From NCBI GenBank assembly GCA_903840165.1, contig CAIMEY010000017.1, positions 1-64,000 on the forward strand: a stretch of DNA of 64,000 bases, read 5' to 3'. Position 1 is the stretch's first letter. Each line of letters opens with the position of its first letter. The DNA comes from an uncultured Myxococcales bacterium. Its GTDB lineage: Bacteria > Myxococcota_A > UBA9042. Of this stretch, positions 39,456 through 49,250 are shown one piece after another. Below the pieces are notes generated by a model, which made no database searches, had not been told where the DNA came from, and saw only the letters and a program-made list of their open reading frames with translations. Position numbers and translations under genes: made by a program.

Positions 39456-40895
39456 CTACAGACCGCCGCCGACGCTGCCAAACGGAATGCGCAGGGATAG
39501 GGACAGCACATCGAGGGACGCCGTATAGGTGCCGTTGCCGACCACTGACGTGTTGGACTGCCACAGCGTCGTCGGGCTGACAATGGCCTTGACCTGACTG
39601 TCCGTAACGGTCTGCGTTGCCAAAAAGTGGTGTGCATACGCGAGGTCCAGCCACATGCCGTACAGGCGCACCGAGCCACCGACGCTCACGGCATTGCGCT
39701 GCCAGTTGCCGAAATCGACGCTGGCGTACTGGGGCGGAACTGCACTAGTTTCAAACAGATAGCCAGCGCGCACTTTGAGACGATCCGGCAACGCCACGTA
39801 GTCTGCGCCCAGACGAGCGCTGTAGGAGTCCTTGAAATGATGGGGCAATACCACGTCTGGCAGGGCTGTCGGCGCGTTGTTGTACATGATGTTGATGTTG
39901 TGGGTATGGATGATGATGTCCTTGAGGGCAGACCAGCCTTCCCAGACGCCATCGAGCTCAACTTCCAGGCGTTCCGTGGCCTTCCACAGCGCGCCCAGGC
40001 GTGCGGTCGGGGCGAAATCCAGGGTCAGGTCAGCGCTATTGCCCTGCACGGAAATACCGGCATTGGCGGCTGAAGCGGGCAGTTGATTGGTCAGGGTGCC
40101 GACGGCGTCAAAATGCACGCCCGTTCGATAAGATGCGCCGATGGCCAGTTCCGGGATCGGCAAGAAAGTGACGCCGATGACCGCCGCCGGGGTGATCGAG
40201 TTGGACCCCTCAAAGGTGCCGACCGCGTCAAAGCTCGTGCCCGGATCCTTTGCCGTTGCGCCGGCTTTGGTCGTGCACTCGCCCGTGGTGGCGTCGGCGG
40301 TTTGATTCTTGCTGTCGAGGCAGCCCATGCCGCTCCACACGGCCTGGTCGAACTTCGCGGAACCATGAACAGCTTGGGCGGTGATGCCAAAGCGCAGCTT
40401 ATCGCCAATGGCTGCGGCCACGGACGCCGAGTAGTAAGCGATGAAATAGTCAGTCGATCTCAAGGCATAGCGCTGTGCGCCGTCGCTCGGATACTTGGAT
40501 TTGCCAATGGCGCTGGGCCCGGTCGCGCCGACGGCAAAGGTCAGTTCGGAGAAGGGCCCGACTTGGCCCATACCGTAGCTCAGGGCCGCGCTTGGGCCTG
40601 GGAAAGGCCCGCCGCTATTGCTAATTGACGGTCCGCTGAGCGAAGTGGACGTAAAGCCCGTCTGCTGCATCGCCGCCCGCACGTCAATGGTCGCATTCCA
40701 ACCGCGCTGCTGGGCAAAGCCTGCGGGATTATACTGCATAGCCAGGCCGTCACTTGGATTTGCCGCCCAAGCGCCACCGCGACCAATGCTCAAAGTGCCG
40801 TTGTCCGGGTACTCAATGCCCGCAGCCGACGCCAAGGTCGGAAGGAGCAACAAGAGCGCCGCGGTTCCATTGCGTATCGATGCAAGATGGTTCAT
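39456..40895 (-). CDS. Outer-membrane beta-barrel transport protein, OmpP1/FadL/TodX-like
   Basis: Signal peptide. N-terminal 'GGAWAANPSDGLAMQYNPAGFA' resembles the FadL-family hatch motif (NPAgl). Alternating beta-strand pattern. Confidence 0.6.
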   Translation of the reverse strand: MNHLASIRNGTAALLLLLPTLASAAGIEYPDNGTLSIGRGGAWAANPSDGLAMQYNPAGFAQQRGWNATIDVRAAMQQTGFTSTSLSGPSISNSGGPFPGPSAALSYGMGQVGPFSELTFAVGATGPSAIGKSKYPSDGAQRYALRSTDYFIAYYSASVAAAIGDKLRFGITAQAVHGSAKFDQAVWSGMGCLDSKNQTADATTGECTTKAGATAKDPGTSFDAVGTFEGSNSITPAAVIGVTFLPIPELAIGASYRTGVHFDAVGTLTNQLPASAANAGISVQGNSADLTLDFAPTARLGALWKATERLEVELDGVWEGWSALKDIIIHTHNINIMYNNAPTALPDVVLPHHFKDSYSARLGADYVALPDRLKVRAGYLFETSAVPPQYASVDFGNWQRNAVSVGGSVRLYGMWLDLAYAHHFLATQTVTDSQVKAIVSPTTLWQSNTSVVGNGTYTASLDVLSLSLRIPFGSVGGGL

Positions 40896-41217
40896 CTATC
40901 TTCCTCCCGTTGGCCAACAAGGCCGCATGATAGGCATATTTGTCGCCCTGGACAAGCGCCGCGCCGATCAAAACCGCCAAGCTTACTCATCCTTATGAAC
41001 TAATTGAAGATTACTCCGTGCCGCTCGGCCACGCTGCAACCTATCGCCCGTCTGAGCCGCGCAAGTCCACATCCGGCTTGCGCCGGGCTTGCGCGACGCC
41101 AAGTGGCCAGCTACGCTCAAGCCGCTAGGTTGGAAAAGGGGTCTTCTCGCGCCGCAACAATGCCTGATGGGGGGCGAGTTGAGGCTAGCGTCACCGCCGA
41201 ATCCATGGAGTTCCGTG

Positions 41218-41592
41218 ATGTTGCCCAGTCAGGACGATCATGCTGACCACATGACCGAGGAGCAGCTCGTCCCCCTGCTGCCCGTGCAGGTGTACGCACG
41301 CCCCCACGTGTTGCAGCAGATCCGCGGCCCATTATCGCCGCAGATCATTGAGTTGCGCGGCGATCAGCTGATCATTGGCCGCAACCCGGACGTCGACATC
41401 CGCATTCCTTCGGCCGCCCTGTCCCGCCACCATTTGCGCTTGGACAAGTACCAAGGTGGTTATCGCGCCGTCGATCTCGACAGTTCGAACGGGTTTTTCC
41501 TCAATGAAATCAGAGTGAGCTCTGCCGCCCTGCGCGATGGCGACACCATTCAACTGGGCAATGCCGTCTTCGTCTACCATGAAGGCAAGTAG
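41218..41592 (+). CDS. FHA-domain protein
   Basis: 'LIIGRNPDVDIRIPSAALSRHHLRLDKYQGGYRAVDLDSSNGFFLNEIRV' is the classic FHA core (GR...D..L....vSR.Ha.l.......i.DlgStNGt.vN). Confidence 0.8.
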   Translation: MLPSQDDHADHMTEEQLVPLLPVQVYARPHVLQQIRGPLSPQIIELRGDQLIIGRNPDVDIRIPSAALSRHHLRLDKYQGGYRAVDLDSSNGFFLNEIRVSSAALRDGDTIQLGNAVFVYHEGK

Positions 41593-41617
41593 CTTCTAGC
41601 CTAACCAAGGAAAACGT

Positions 41618-42520
41618 ATGGGTTTTTACGTTCGATTCTGGGGCACGCGCGGGTCCATTCCCACCCCGGGGCGCACCACCCATCGCTACGGCGGCAACAC
41701 GTCCTGCGTTGAAATTCGCTTTGATGACGCGCTCTTCATCCTCGATGGTGGCACCGGCCTGCGCGAATTGGGCGTCGACCTCATGCGCCGGCCTCAGCAC
41801 CCGGTGGTGGCGCACATGCTGTTCTCGCACATGCACTGGGACCACATCCAAGGTTTCCCTTTTTTTACGCCTGCTTATGTGCCGCAGAACACGTTCACCA
41901 TCTACGGTGCGACCTCGGGCGACCGCCGCTTTCACCAGCTGCTGTCCGGGCAGATGCGCTCGGAGTATTTCCCTGTCGATTTCTCGGCTTTGCATTCGCA
42001 CATCGTGCCCAGCGACCTCGGCGAGCTCAGCGCCCGCACCCTAGACGGCGTGCTGGTGCGTTGCTTTGTCCAGCGCCATCCGGGGGGCAGCTTTGCGTAT
42101 TCACTGGAGAAAAATGGTCATCGGGTCGTCTATGCCACCGACAATGAGATCGATTTGACCCTGCCCGATCCCAGCGTGGTGCAGCGCGATTTGCTGGCGC
42201 CTCGAGCAATTCCTAGCGAATTCATTGAATTTTGCCGTGGCGCCGACCTACTGATTTGCGATGGTCAGTACACCGAAGCCGAGTATCCAAGCAAGGTTGG
42301 CTGGGGCCATCCCCGGGCGACGACGGTCGTAGACGCAGCCGTACAGGCGGCTGTCAAGCAACTCGCGATTTTTCATCACGATCCGATGCAGAGCGACGAC
42401 GACATCGAACAGAAGATCGGCGATTGCCGCAGCCGAGCCCGGCGATTAGGCAGCGACTGCCTGATCTTTGCCGCCCGAGAAGGCGTGGAACTGCGCCTAG
42501 ATACGCCCCTTACCCCTTAG
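41618..42520 (+). CDS. MBL-fold metallo-hydrolase
   Basis: 'LFSHMHWDHIQGFPFF' HxHxDH motif. Confidence 0.85.
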   Translation: MGFYVRFWGTRGSIPTPGRTTHRYGGNTSCVEIRFDDALFILDGGTGLRELGVDLMRRPQHPVVAHMLFSHMHWDHIQGFPFFTPAYVPQNTFTIYGATSGDRRFHQLLSGQMRSEYFPVDFSALHSHIVPSDLGELSARTLDGVLVRCFVQRHPGGSFAYSLEKNGHRVVYATDNEIDLTLPDPSVVQRDLLAPRAIPSEFIEFCRGADLLICDGQYTEAEYPSKVGWGHPRATTVVDAAVQAAVKQLAIFHHDPMQSDDDIEQKIGDCRSRARRLGSDCLIFAAREGVELRLDTPLTP

Positions 42521-42575
42521 GTACGGTCCGTCAACTGCCTTGACGCTGCGCCGCCCCAACCCCGGCAACTTGGCA

Positions 42576-44873
42576 CTACTTCCAAGCAAAAGTCTTTGGA
42601 TCCCAGACTTTCCAAGCCCCTTGGTCTTGGTGATACAGGTCTGCGGCACCGGTTTTGACCTTGAACGCTTGCGCGCTGAACGCCTTTGCGACATCGCCAG
42701 CACTGAGCCGAGCTGCCGCAGTCGCCTCGGGCGTTTGCAGAAACGTTACAGCAAGTTCTGTGGCACTGGCCTGCACCACACTGACGCCGTGCTGAGCCAG
42801 ATCGGCATAGGCCAGGTTGGGATTGGAATGCTTGGAACCCGCTGCCGTGCCTAGCAAAAGCGACGACGCCGCATAGGCCAGCGCCGCGCCTCCGGCCGCA
42901 TTGAGGGTCGGGTCGGACGAAGCCTGATTCACCAGCATGGACTGGTAGGTCCCAGAAGAAATGGCTCCCCCAACAAATTCAATGACCTGCGCTGTGCCAT
43001 CCTCCGACTGGGGCGTGCCGGCAAAGAACGCGTGAATATCCCCTGAAACAATCACGACATTGCCCAAGGCCGCCAGCTGTTTCACAAGGGATTCACGGCG
43101 ATCGGGCAGGCCGTCCCAGTCTTCGGCGGACAGGCAGAACCGCTGCTTGAAGGCGTCGGGCAGCGACAAGGGCGACAAATCGACGATGCGCTGCTGAAAG
43201 GTGTACTCATTTCCCCAAATCTTCCAAGTAGTTGTCGCCGCCTTGAGGGTGTCGATAAACCATTTCTCTTGGACATCGCCCATTGCCGTTTGGCTCAATT
43301 GCGATTGATTCCAGCGCGCTTTGGCATAAAGACGGAAGGTATCGGCAACGACGAGGTAACGGGACCCCAGCGAGGAATTCCACGAGTTCTTGAATAACTG
43401 ATGAAAACCAAGCCCTTTCTTCATGGTGGCCGTCTGGGCGTCGGCGATGGCGGTTGGCAAATCGGCCACGCCAGCCTTGCCCAGGTCCGCAAGTGCGCCA
43501 TTGACCCACGCCACGGTGAAGAGGCCCTTGCAACGCTTTGGATCGCCGCCAATTTTGTCGACATGCGCTTGCAGAGTTACGCCGTAAACGCCGGCCAAAT
43601 CTGCGGTCAAATCGAAGTACGGCGTTGCCACGGACGGCAGATTACCGTCTGACGTCAGGGACTTGAGCGCAGCTTCTTGGACAGCAACGGCACCAGGCGC
43701 TGCGTCCTCGGCAATGAGGTGGTCGCTACGGTACCGGCGCAGGTCCGTCATCACCAGCGACACGTGTTTGCCGAACTGGAACGAACGATAACTCTGCAGA
43801 TTATCAGGGAACTTGCCAACTGGGTCAAAGGTGTAGGCGCTGCCATCGGCGCCACCAGCGACAAAGTCGACCGGCATGTATTCATACCAAGCCTCATCCG
43901 CGGCACCGCGGCGCGCTGGCGAAAATTCATTTTGCAACCCATCGGTATAATTGGCGTTTTGCTGCCAACAATCGTCAGAAAATTCGTGATCGTCGCCAAC
44001 GGCGATCATGGCAAAGCGCTCGTGCACCTGCTGCAAATCCTGATCGCTGCGGTATACCTTGTACAAATCCCTATAATTACTCAATGATTGCGCGGCATAG
44101 TACTGATTGGCTGTGCCGACGTTGAAGGCCAGCGCGGAAGCCGGGTCAGCAAAGGTCACGCGGCGGTTGGGATCGATGACTTGAAACGACGGATCTCCTG
44201 TTGTTTCATAGACATAATCGCCTAGGTGCACAAAGAAGGCGAGATCCTCCTGGGCCAATCGCTGATAGCAGTTATAGTATTTTCCATTGTAATCTTGGCA
44301 GGATACAAATGCAAACTTCACGTCAACGTCTGCATCCGCCGCTGGTGCAGTCTGGACGCGCCCGACCCTAGACACCACGGCCTTGCCGGCAGCGGCATAG
44401 GTAAAGCGGTAGTAATACAGAGTATTTGCCTGAAGACCAGTGACCTTGACCTTGACACAATGGTCGTGTTGTCCGCGAGCGACAACCTGCGCCGCAGCAG
44501 CCTTGGACAGGGCGATCACCTGGGCAAAGCTTGAATCCGTCGAAACTTCAAGCAGTACCGGTAAGTCTTCGCTGCCCTGGCTGGCATCGACCACGCGCGT
44601 CCACAGAATCACGCTGTCGACCTTGGGATCGCCGGAGCAAACCGACTGCGGGAACCACTGGCTGACGTCGACGGCGACAGCGCCGGTATCGGCGGCGGCA
44701 TCGAGGAGAGAATCTGCCGTGGAAGCGTCTGAAAGTAAAATAGAATCACCTCCCGAAGCATCGAGAGCCCCGGAGGCATCGACCACCGCAGGGGTCGAGG
44801 CCTTGGTGCCACAGCCGATGACCAAGCCCCCGGCCGTCAGGACCGTGGCACGCAGAAATTCGCGACGACGCAT
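42576..44873 (-). CDS. PhoD-like alkaline phosphatase with Tat signal
   Basis: 'MRRREFLRATVLTAGGLVIGC' twin-arginine signal. 'SGDPKVDSVILWTRV' PhoD N-terminal domain. 'FVHLGDYVYE' metallophosphatase motif. Confidence 0.8.
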   Translation of the reverse strand: MRRREFLRATVLTAGGLVIGCGTKASTPAVVDASGALDASGGDSILLSDASTADSLLDAAADTGAVAVDVSQWFPQSVCSGDPKVDSVILWTRVVDASQGSEDLPVLLEVSTDSSFAQVIALSKAAAAQVVARGQHDHCVKVKVTGLQANTLYYYRFTYAAAGKAVVSRVGRVQTAPAADADVDVKFAFVSCQDYNGKYYNCYQRLAQEDLAFFVHLGDYVYETTGDPSFQVIDPNRRVTFADPASALAFNVGTANQYYAAQSLSNYRDLYKVYRSDQDLQQVHERFAMIAVGDDHEFSDDCWQQNANYTDGLQNEFSPARRGAADEAWYEYMPVDFVAGGADGSAYTFDPVGKFPDNLQSYRSFQFGKHVSLVMTDLRRYRSDHLIAEDAAPGAVAVQEAALKSLTSDGNLPSVATPYFDLTADLAGVYGVTLQAHVDKIGGDPKRCKGLFTVAWVNGALADLGKAGVADLPTAIADAQTATMKKGLGFHQLFKNSWNSSLGSRYLVVADTFRLYAKARWNQSQLSQTAMGDVQEKWFIDTLKAATTTWKIWGNEYTFQQRIVDLSPLSLPDAFKQRFCLSAEDWDGLPDRRESLVKQLAALGNVVIVSGDIHAFFAGTPQSEDGTAQVIEFVGGAISSGTYQSMLVNQASSDPTLNAAGGAALAYAASSLLLGTAAGSKHSNPNLAYADLAQHGVSVVQASATELAVTFLQTPEATAAARLSAGDVAKAFSAQAFKVKTGAADLYHQDQGAWKVWDPKTFAWK

Positions 44874-45315
44874 GGCATTTCCTCCAAATAGCGCTTTCTT
44901 ATCAATGCACTGCTCGAGCTAGTGCCACGGCGGCATCCCGGTTCGACTTGGCCAGTTTACGCCCGGGCTGCCGCTTTGTCGCGGCCACTGCAGCGCTTGG
45001 GTGCGAGCCCGAGGCAACATTGCCATCGGCAAGGCGAACACGGCGACGCGCGTCCTTAGCAACGACGAGCCGGCAGGGACGCGGCGCCAACAAACCAATG
45101 CAGAGTCAGCAATTTGGGCCTGGAACGACCAATTGGCACGGGCGCGCACTTGTAGGCGGCCCGCGACCGGACTAACCTGCAGACTTGACTCACCGGGGAC
45201 GAAGCGGCGACGCGCGCTTTCCCGCCGAGCCAATTGGGCGCTCCAGGTATTTGAAACGATATTGGATTCTTGACCTTAGACTGAGACGCGGCTCCAACTG
45301 CCGCATGATGGTTGC

Positions 45316-46374
45316 ATGGTTGCTGGCACGGACAGTACGCGCAGGCTAAAAGCCATTATGTTCACGGACATCAAGGGCTATTCGGCCATGATGGGCGAGG
45401 ATGAAGCCCGTACGGTCAAGGCTGTTTTGGAACACCGTGAAATCGTGCGCGATTGTTTGAAGCGCCACGATGGCAGCGAGCACGAAACCATTGGCGATGC
45501 CTTTGTGGTCCTGTTCGATTCCGTTGTTAATGCAGTGCGTTGCGGCGCAGAGATCCAGAAGAGGCTCGGGCAGCGCAATGCCACCTTGCCCAAGGAAGAG
45601 CAGGTTCTGATCCGAATTGGCATCCATCTAGGCGATATTATTGTGCAAGGTGACGGCATCTACGGCGATGGCGTCAACGTCGCCGCGCGGGTGCAGGACA
45701 AAGCGGACCCGGGCGGCATTTCGATCACCGAGCAAGTCTTCCTGCAAATTGACGGCAAGATCGACTTCCCCATGGAATCAGTGGGCAAGGTCGAGCTCAA
45801 AAATATCCGTAATCCTCACAGCTTGTACAAGGTTCGCTTGGATGGCAAGCGCGCCGGAAAACGTATCCACCTGCCGTTGCTAGCGGGCGTGCTCGCCGGG
45901 ATGCTGACGCTAGGCGCTGGCGGGGCTTGGCTCGCGCTCAGCCATAATGAAGTCCCCAAGACAGCTACCACCTCCAAATTACTGGCAGAATCGCCGCCTC
46001 CCGTCGCTGCTCCGCCCGTCAAGGCAGCTCCTGTGGCCGTTGCACCGCCAGCGGCTGCCGGTGATTCCAAGGTGGCTGCTGGTCGCAAGGTGGCCGAAGC
46101 AATGGCAGCTACAGGGCAAGCGCGCGTTGAACTCCTGCGCCAAGCCCTGACATTGGACCCGGGCAACGCAGCCGTGCAGAATATGCTGGCATCGGCCATG
46201 GCCTCTGCGGCAAGCGCACCGGCAGCGGCTGGGGGCGAAGCGCAGGCAGGTGGCGCGGCGGACCACGTCAAATTAGACCATGGACCGGGCAAACCCGCGC
46301 ATATCAAGACAATTGGCACCGGCCAAGGGCAAGGCGATGACACCAAGATCAAGCGCAGCATCGTTGTGGAATAG
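45316..46374 (+). CDS. Class III adenylate/guanylate cyclase with C-terminal TM/Ala-Pro-rich region
   Basis: 'AIMFTDIKGYSAMMGEDE...ETIGDAFVVLF...IRIGIHLGDIIVQGDGIYGDGVNVAARV' CHD catalytic motifs. Confidence 0.85.
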   Translation: MVAGTDSTRRLKAIMFTDIKGYSAMMGEDEARTVKAVLEHREIVRDCLKRHDGSEHETIGDAFVVLFDSVVNAVRCGAEIQKRLGQRNATLPKEEQVLIRIGIHLGDIIVQGDGIYGDGVNVAARVQDKADPGGISITEQVFLQIDGKIDFPMESVGKVELKNIRNPHSLYKVRLDGKRAGKRIHLPLLAGVLAGMLTLGAGGAWLALSHNEVPKTATTSKLLAESPPPVAAPPVKAAPVAVAPPAAAGDSKVAAGRKVAEAMAATGQARVELLRQALTLDPGNAAVQNMLASAMASAASAPAAAGGEAQAGGAADHVKLDHGPGKPAHIKTIGTGQGQGDDTKIKRSIVVE

Positions 46375-47236
46375 GCCGCAACGGAGCCTCCACACTCGCC
46401 TTTGCGCGTGGCTGAGCCTTGGTGCCCTGGCGGTGACGCTTGGATCGGCGACGCCGGTGCTGGCAGCCCACGGAAAACCCTTGAAAAATCAAGAGAAAAG
46501 TGCGTCTGAAGAGGCTGCGGCCATCAGCCAAGTGGCTGCGGGTAAGCACGAAGCGGGCGAGTTTGCGCTCTGCGGCGACCTCTATCAGCAGGCCTACCGC
46601 AAGGACCCGACTTTCCTAGGCTATTTGTTTAGCGCTGCCCGATGCGAACAGAAGGGCGGAGACCTCGACGCGGCCGAGCGTGACTTTCGCGCATTCCTAG
46701 CACGCAACCCAAAGGGCGATAAACTCTCTGATCGCGCTGAACAATTCCTTGGCGAAGTGCTCGATGCGCGGCGCAAAACGGCCGAAAAGCCGGCGCTCGA
46801 CCCGACCAAACCCCATGGCGAAGGGGATCTGGGACTCAAGCCTGAGCCACAACACCCTGATCCCAAACCGCCTTTGCCGAGCGGTCCTAGCCATGCAGCG
46901 GCGTGGTGGACTTTGGGCGGTGCCGCGGCGCTGACGGCGGGCGGGGCCCTGCTGCTCGCCAGTGGCTTGCAAGCTCGTTCGGACCTGACGGCGCAAATGT
47001 CTAATCATACTGGGACGTTGATCACTGGTACTACACCAACTCAAGCGCGGGCCGATGAGTCAAGCTACCGCGGACGCCTTGGCGTGGCGGCGGGCGTCCT
47101 GACGGCCGCAGCGGCGACGGTAGGCGTCGGCCTATGGCTGCTGCGCGACCCACCGTCGTCGACTAGTCAAGCCTCCTTGTCCGTCACCTCCGGCCCAGTT
47201 CCGGCCGGCGCTGGCCTCGCCTGGGCATGGAGGTAA
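46337..47236 (+). CDS. TPR-like membrane-anchored protein, paralogue of the 22065-23099 gene
   Basis: The helical-repeat N-terminal half ('DAAERDFRAFLARNP') and the C-terminal anchor ending ...GPVPAGAGLAWAWR mirror ...GPVPAGMGVAWRF at 22065. The start codon choice is uncertain. The gene overlaps the cyclase stop. Confidence 0.5.
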   Translation: MTPRSSAASLWNRPQRSLHTRLCAWLSLGALAVTLGSATPVLAAHGKPLKNQEKSASEEAAAISQVAAGKHEAGEFALCGDLYQQAYRKDPTFLGYLFSAARCEQKGGDLDAAERDFRAFLARNPKGDKLSDRAEQFLGEVLDARRKTAEKPALDPTKPHGEGDLGLKPEPQHPDPKPPLPSGPSHAAAWWTLGGAAALTAGGALLLASGLQARSDLTAQMSNHTGTLITGTTPTQARADESSYRGRLGVAAGVLTAAAATVGVGLWLLRDPPSSTSQASLSVTSGPVPAGAGLAWAWR

Positions 47237-47240
47237 CACC

Positions 47241-48689
47241 TTGAAATTGCTTGCTCATACCGGCTCCCTTCTTGCCCTTTGCCTGCTGCTGTGCCGGTGC
47301 AGCTCGGTGGTGCCGGCCGACGCGCAGTTTGCCTCGTTCCGCTGCCAGTCCTATTTCACGGATAACGTTGATGGCGCAGGTACTTATCAGATAGGCGCTA
47401 TTCTCTCATTGTCCACGCCAGGCGGACAGCCCGACTTTGACGGCAATTTTGACGTGCAGGCTATGCGCCTTGCCCTCAAAGAGCTTAATGATAATCGAGA
47501 TATCGGTGGCAAGCGTTTTTCTCTGCGCGTGTGCGACACCAGTGCCGATTGGTCGACTGGGGGCGGTCAAGTCACCCGCGACTTGACGAACTGGCTGATT
47601 GATCACGAGAAAGTCTCCGCCATCATCTCTGACGCCAGTGCCGATACGCAGACCATCGCTAGCATCACAATTCACCGCAACGTGCTGCTCTTGGCGATTT
47701 CGGCCACCTCCGAAGAGCTCACGTCCCTCAATGATTTCGTGCCATTGACCGTGGCCGATCCGAGCAAGACCGTGGGCCTGGTCTGGCGCATTGCCCCCAG
47801 TGACATCTATCAGGGCGCCGTCCTGGCCCAGTTGGTGTCTAGCACTGTTGCCGATGATACAAGCAATATCACAGTGTTTGCTATGCAAAGCCCCTATGGC
47901 GACGGTCTGGTCGACGCCTTGGGCAAGCAGAGCGTGCACGGTAACTCCCTGTTGCCACGGCTGAAAAAACATACCTTCGCCCTGGACGGCACGGGCCTGG
48001 AAGCGGCGGTCGTGGCGGCCAAAGACGACCAAAGTGGGGCGATCATTATCGTCGGCGATGAGCCGTTGACGGCGAAAATCATCAATGCCGCCATGGGTTT
48101 CCCAGGTCTGGCCCAGGCAATTCCTGGCCACCTGCTCATTGCCGACGGCGCCTGCGACGAGGCCTTGAGCAAGCAAACCTACAACAATGGCGTGACCTTG
48201 GCTGGTGCCCACTGCACACGACCGGGGCAGCCGGAGAGTCAGGCGTACAAGGATTTTCGCGAACGCTTCATGGCGGTCTTTCAGCGCGACCCGGTGCAAA
48301 GCAGTTACACCCAGCATAGTTACGATGCCATGTACTGCCTAGCAATGGCCCACGCCTGGGCGCTGGGGAGCAAAGGCCTGGGCTCGGCGGACGGCAAAGG
48401 CCTCGCGGAGGGGCTGAGGCACCTATCCACTGGTACGGGCTACGGTTTCAAGCCGGCCAACGTCACGGCCATGGAGACGGCGCTGCAAAAGGGCACGGAC
48501 ATCAACGTAGACGGCACATCGGGCCCCTTGGATTTCAACCCGGATACGGGCGAGGCACCGGCCGATTACGAGGACTGGACCCTGGACGCCAAAGGTGTCC
48601 TGATTTCAAGGACCTTCTGGGCCGTCCAGGATCTCGGCAACAACCAGTTCAGCGTACTTCCGGCAGCTGCGAGCGGGACGACTCCGTAA
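47241..48689 (+). CDS. Lipoprotein, type-I periplasmic-binding-protein-like (Peripla_BP_6/ANF-receptor-like)
   Basis: Signal plus lipobox (LLLCRCSS). 'YQIGAILSLSTPGG...DVQAMRLALKELNDN...LRVCDTSAD' follows the layout of Leu/Ile/Val-binding-protein-type domains. Confidence 0.5.
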   Translation: MKLLAHTGSLLALCLLLCRCSSVVPADAQFASFRCQSYFTDNVDGAGTYQIGAILSLSTPGGQPDFDGNFDVQAMRLALKELNDNRDIGGKRFSLRVCDTSADWSTGGGQVTRDLTNWLIDHEKVSAIISDASADTQTIASITIHRNVLLLAISATSEELTSLNDFVPLTVADPSKTVGLVWRIAPSDIYQGAVLAQLVSSTVADDTSNITVFAMQSPYGDGLVDALGKQSVHGNSLLPRLKKHTFALDGTGLEAAVVAAKDDQSGAIIIVGDEPLTAKIINAAMGFPGLAQAIPGHLLIADGACDEALSKQTYNNGVTLAGAHCTRPGQPESQAYKDFRERFMAVFQRDPVQSSYTQHSYDAMYCLAMAHAWALGSKGLGSADGKGLAEGLRHLSTGTGYGFKPANVTAMETALQKGTDINVDGTSGPLDFNPDTGEAPADYEDWTLDAKGVLISRTFWAVQDLGNNQFSVLPAAASGTTP

Positions 48690-48805
48690 GCCTGGGATGC
48701 TCCCCGTAAGCCTGTGTAGTTTCAACGGGTTGCAGGCATGTATACCAAGCCCTTAACCTGCTGATACTAAAACGTTTTATTGGAAATAATCTTAATTACA
48801 AGCAG

Positions 48806-49250
48806 TTACTGACCGACTGCTCGACGCGTCATGTGCACGTGGTCGATCTCCGCTTCCACAAAGACGTCGCCGTGGCGCTGCCAGCCCATGAGCGTGTACC
48901 AAGCCTCCAGGTGGGCTTGCGCGTGCATCGCTCCCGGCCTATCGCCCAGCAACCCATTGACATAATGCATGAGTTCGCTGCCCACACCCGCCCGCTGCAA
49001 TTCCGTCAGCACCGCCACGCGGCCGACCATCACGGGGCTTTGCTGCCAAAACAGCCGCGCCGTCGCCACCATCTGCCCCTGCGCATCACGCCCAAGCACG
49101 TGAATGCATTGCGGATCTAGACCGTCGACCTCAGGCTCTGCCGTCACCTTCTGGCCAACGACGAACACCAAGTCGCGCAGGCACATCAAGTCGTACAGTT
49201 CCTGTAAGGTTAAGTCCACAAAGGCTTTATGGGTGAACTGGACCGCCAAC
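48806..49250 (-). CDS. GNAT-family N-acetyltransferase (ElaA-like)
   Basis: 'LRDLVFVVGQKVTAEPEVDGLDPQCIHVLG...ATARLF...GRVAVLTELQRAGVGSELM' matches the ElaA-type GNAT motifs. The start is uncertain (TTG/GTG possible) immediately after the thrS stop. Confidence 0.65.

Noticed and set aside
47406-48317. 303-aa minus-strand ORF
   Set aside because: It is antisense to the periplasmic-binding-protein-like lipoprotein gene, which has a signal peptide and coherent domain layout.
48689-48821. Rho-independent terminator between the convergent genes 47241-48689 and 48806-49250
   Set aside because: Only weak candidates were found: the palindrome aaaacgtttt followed by tttatt, and a 6-bp stem agcagt/actgct that overlaps the GNAT stop codon. 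Neither has a strong GC stem plus U-tract.
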